From: Candidatus Adlerbacteria bacterium | GTDB taxonomy: Bacteria; Patescibacteriota; Minisyncoccia; Phycocordibacterales; SBAW01 | Direction of reading: 5' to 3' | Length of the DNA stretch: 36,883 nucleotides | Assembly (NCBI GenBank): GCA_043739595.1 | Contig: JAYUDS010000026.1 | Location: 1 to 36,883, forward strand | In this document: positions 34,908 through 36,883 of the stretch, piece by piece | How the letters are laid out: every line of letters begins with the position of its first letter | Position numbering within the stretch: the stretch's first letter is position 1 | Translations under genes and position numbers: made by a program | Notes under the pieces: model-generated | Seen by the model: only the letters and a program-made list of their open reading frames with translations | Database searches by the model: none | What the model was told of the DNA's origin: nothing

Positions 34908-36308
34908 TTATCCTATGGGAAGATTAACAGGAGCTTCTGAGCGTCGAGATGGTACTCGGTTAAGTCCAGGCGTTTGAATAATTGCGCTTGGGAAGTGCCA
35001 CAATGTTGCTATTTCTTCTGTATTCAAAAACACTGGGACTTGGTCGTAAGGCACATAGAAGTATGCACGGTTTTTATAATGAAAAAAAAGGTTTTTCTTA
35101 AGTATATTGGTACGTATATTGTTGTAATCCTGCCAGGGGTAGTCAAATATTGTGGTGCCTCGCGTAACGCCAAGTGAGTTGTACTCACGAGCATCGGTCT
35201 GGCCTCTAAATGTATCGAAAAAGCGAATAATTGCGCCATTGTTTATGCCGACGAAGTTTTCTTTTCGAGCTAGATATACGGTACGTATTCCGGCCTCAAA
35301 GATAAGTTTTGAGCGCGATCGTTCAATTTGGTCGACACGGCGGCGCTCACCTTCTGACAACAGCGTCATACCTCTTGAAGCAACCGATTTTGCTGCAGCA
35401 GGGTCTTCCTCTTTAACGATGTCAGAAATTCTTTTAGCCGCTGTTTGGATCATTGTTTTAACTTCTTTTTCCGCGTCATTATTAAATTTATCATCTTTTT
35501 TATCTCGAAAACCGTACCATTCATTCTCATTTCTTCGAGTTTTAAGCAGTATTTGTAGCCAAAAATATTCGTTTTTACCCACTTGACCCAAAAGTTCAAG
35601 AATATTTGTGATAGGGTCAATTTTGTACTCCTCCTTTGGGTCTTTGTCGAGCTTCCAGTCAATATAGGTTTTAATAGGGAGCGCATCTAGTTTTCCTTTT
35701 TTGTATTCTGCGCCAAATATATCGTATTCATTAAGGTTAAATGGAATGCGTGCTGCATAGTCGTCTACCTCCACGAGCTTTGCTTCAGGGAATTGGCCGT
35801 ATAAACGTGCCTCTACGATATTTCTGAATGCGCGGCGTAAATGAATATAATAGCCGATACGACCCTCGTTGCTGGCAATTTCAAGCGACCATATAGGCCG
35901 ATACGAACCCTTCCACATTCGGGCTAAAAAAGTTGTTTCGCCGCTTGCGTTATGGAATGTAGCCAAAAAAGTTTCTATCGCTAATGGGTTTTTGTCTACA
36001 ATTTGTGGTAATTGCACTTCAAGTAATACAAAACTAGTTGAAAACCAAAAAAGAAAGCGAATGTAATCTATCCACGAGATCCAAAAGAATACCGCTAAAA
36101 ATATCGGAAGCCACACAGGAGACAAGGCAACAAGTACTGAAAGCACTGAGGGAATAGCATTTGGGTCGAATGCATTCGCGGTAAACACTAAAAGAAGAAC
36201 ACATACAGGAGAAACAGCAAGCATTTCGATGCCCCAGCCGTTAAAATACTCAGTGAATTTCTCTGCGAAATGATGCCAGAGCATTACATGGTATAGTATA
36301 CACCACAA
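34908..36308 (-). CDS. Polytopic membrane protein with a large soluble domain, function unknown
   Basis: About three N-terminal TM helices, then 'LLEVQLPQIVDKNPLAIETFLATFH', 'WSLEIASNEGRIGYYIHLRRAFRNIVEARLYGQFPEAKLVEVDDY' and a C-terminal 'EEIATLWHFP'. The start is uncertain: in-frame ATGs at 36284 and 36224 would widen the 12-nt divergent gap. Confidence 0.6.
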   Translation of the reverse strand: MWCILYHVMLWHHFAEKFTEYFNGWGIEMLAVSPVCVLLLVFTANAFDPNAIPSVLSVLVALSPVWLPIFLAVFFWISWIDYIRFLFWFSTSFVLLEVQLPQIVDKNPLAIETFLATFHNASGETTFLARMWKGSYRPIWSLEIASNEGRIGYYIHLRRAFRNIVEARLYGQFPEAKLVEVDDYAARIPFNLNEYDIFGAEYKKGKLDALPIKTYIDWKLDKDPKEEYKIDPITNILELLGQVGKNEYFWLQILLKTRRNENEWYGFRDKKDDKFNNDAEKEVKTMIQTAAKRISDIVKEEDPAAAKSVASRGMTLLSEGERRRVDQIERSRSKLIFEAGIRTVYLARKENFVGINNGAIIRFFDTFRGQTDAREYNSLGVTRGTTIFDYPWQDYNNIRTNILKKNLFFHYKNRAYFYVPYDQVPVFLNTEEIATLWHFPSAIIQTPGLNRVPSRRSEAPVNLPIG

Positions 36309-36320
36309 GAAAGTCTAGAT

Positions 36321-36698
36321 ATGAATTCTTTTTTTGGGATAGCGGGTTGGTTTGTAACAAACTGGTACTTTGTACTGGGCGTCGCTCTTTCTTTTATAGT
36401 AGCAATAGGTTTTTTGACTTTTTTTCGTGGATTTATGTTAGGCCTTAATCAAATTTTTTATATTGACGGGCACGAAGAGCATGTAGACCATGCCAGAGTT
36501 CACTCGACACATGGATTGGTCATAATGGTCCAAGTGTTTGTGATTTGGGTAGTGATAAAAATGCTTGCTTCTTTGGTTGGAGTGGGACACGTAAACATGG
36601 CACTTGGATTCTGGATTCTTTTTGTGTACTCACTAGTAGCGTTATGGAGCTACTATATGGGTTTTTGGCCTACAAAAAGCGGAAGCGGCGGCCACTAG
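36321..36698 (+). CDS. Small multi-TM membrane protein with a His-rich loop, function unknown
   Basis: Four hydrophobic segments and the loop 'DGHEEHVDHARVHSTHG'. Divergent from the 34908 gene. Confidence 0.5.
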   Translation: MNSFFGIAGWFVTNWYFVLGVALSFIVAIGFLTFFRGFMLGLNQIFYIDGHEEHVDHARVHSTHGLVIMVQVFVIWVVIKMLASLVGVGHVNMALGFWILFVYSLVALWSYYMGFWPTKSGSGGH

Positions 36699-36709
36699 AG
36701 CCGCCGCTT
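36683..36709. terminator. GC-rich hairpin between convergent ORFs
   Basis: aagcggcggc-cactaga-gccgccgctt. It overlaps the stop of the plus-strand gene. The T-run (CCGCTTTTTG) is present only in the minus-strand sense. Confidence 0.45.
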
Positions 36710-36735
36710 ATGCATAGTAAACAGTATGTTGGTAA

Positions 36736-36883
36736 TTACTTTACTAACGAAAACTTTCCTTCCTTTGAGCGCTTGAAATATTTTTGATTCTGGAGATTGA
36801 CCACAATAGTCCCTGGCTTTACATGGCGTTCTTTGAGTACTTTTTCAATTATCTCTTCTTTACTCATGGGGCCCTTCTCACGG
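36736..36883 (-). CDS. Either the C-terminal end of an ORF entering from beyond the window or a 43-aa small protein. Function unknown.
   Basis: The frame is open from the window edge: ...REKGPMSKEEIIEKVLKERHVKPGTIVVNLQNQKYFKRSKEGKFSLVK*. An internal ATG lies at 36867. Confidence 0.3.
   Translation of the reverse strand, partial: REKGPMSKEEIIEKVLKERHVKPGTIVVNLQNQKYFKRSKEGKFSLVK

Noticed and set aside
1-36883. Alternative genetic code (UGA recoding as in some CPR lineages), CRISPR arrays, prophage or mobile-element content
   Set aside because: Conserved genes end at TGA or TAA at the expected lengths (for example, scpA stops at TGA) and none is broken by in-frame TGA. I saw no repeat-spacer periodicity and no integrase, transposase, capsid-like or terminase-like ORFs.

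Overview
No homology search, RNA folding or statistics were run. All calls rest on motif recognition in the supplied translations and on reading the DNA directly.

The window is compact bacterial chromosome coded almost entirely on the minus strand. It uses the standard code, with TGA and TAA as stops. I found no rRNA, tRNA, CRISPR array, transposase or integrase.

The content is mostly core housekeeping. It looks like a small-genome, probably uncultivated Patescibacteria/CPR-type bacterium. That is an inference from domain-reduced AspRS and AlaRS, a short L13, and many membrane-anchored proteins of unknown function.

Gene order along the minus strand, from high to low coordinates:
- An unknown polytopic membrane protein, then mltG, mnmA and a small anchored protein.
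- An ATP-cone/Mrr-like nuclease, a low-complexity membrane protein and an mgtC-family gene.
- A DNA-repair trio: a RecB/Cas4-like nuclease, ogt and ung.
- An M16 peptidase pair and alaS.
- Two unknown proteins: a possible degenerate actin-like protein and a bitopic Thr-rich protein.
- The ribosomal block infA-rpmJ-rpsM-rpsK-rpsD-rpoA-rplQ-rplM-rpsI.
- A roughly 490-nt non-coding gap that looks like two tandem promoter-hairpin-terminator units.
- An orphan receiver domain.
- grpE-dnaK-(ABC exporter)-dnaJ.
- A kinase-like gene convergent with a plus-strand IMPase-like gene.
- trpS, aspS, pepA, scpA-scpB, a D-Ala-D-Ala carboxypeptidase, mraY and a partial ftsW.

The ORF track missed rpmJ (too short) and the edge-truncated ftsW. 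Several track ORFs carry spurious N-terminal extensions, which I trimmed.

The most interesting candidates for undescribed biology are:
- the ATP-cone-nuclease module (31485-32758);
- the unknown polytopic membrane protein and its divergent His-rich partner (34908-36698);
- the two-gene unknown module upstream of infA (21371-23687);
- the tandem putative sRNA units (17068-17340).
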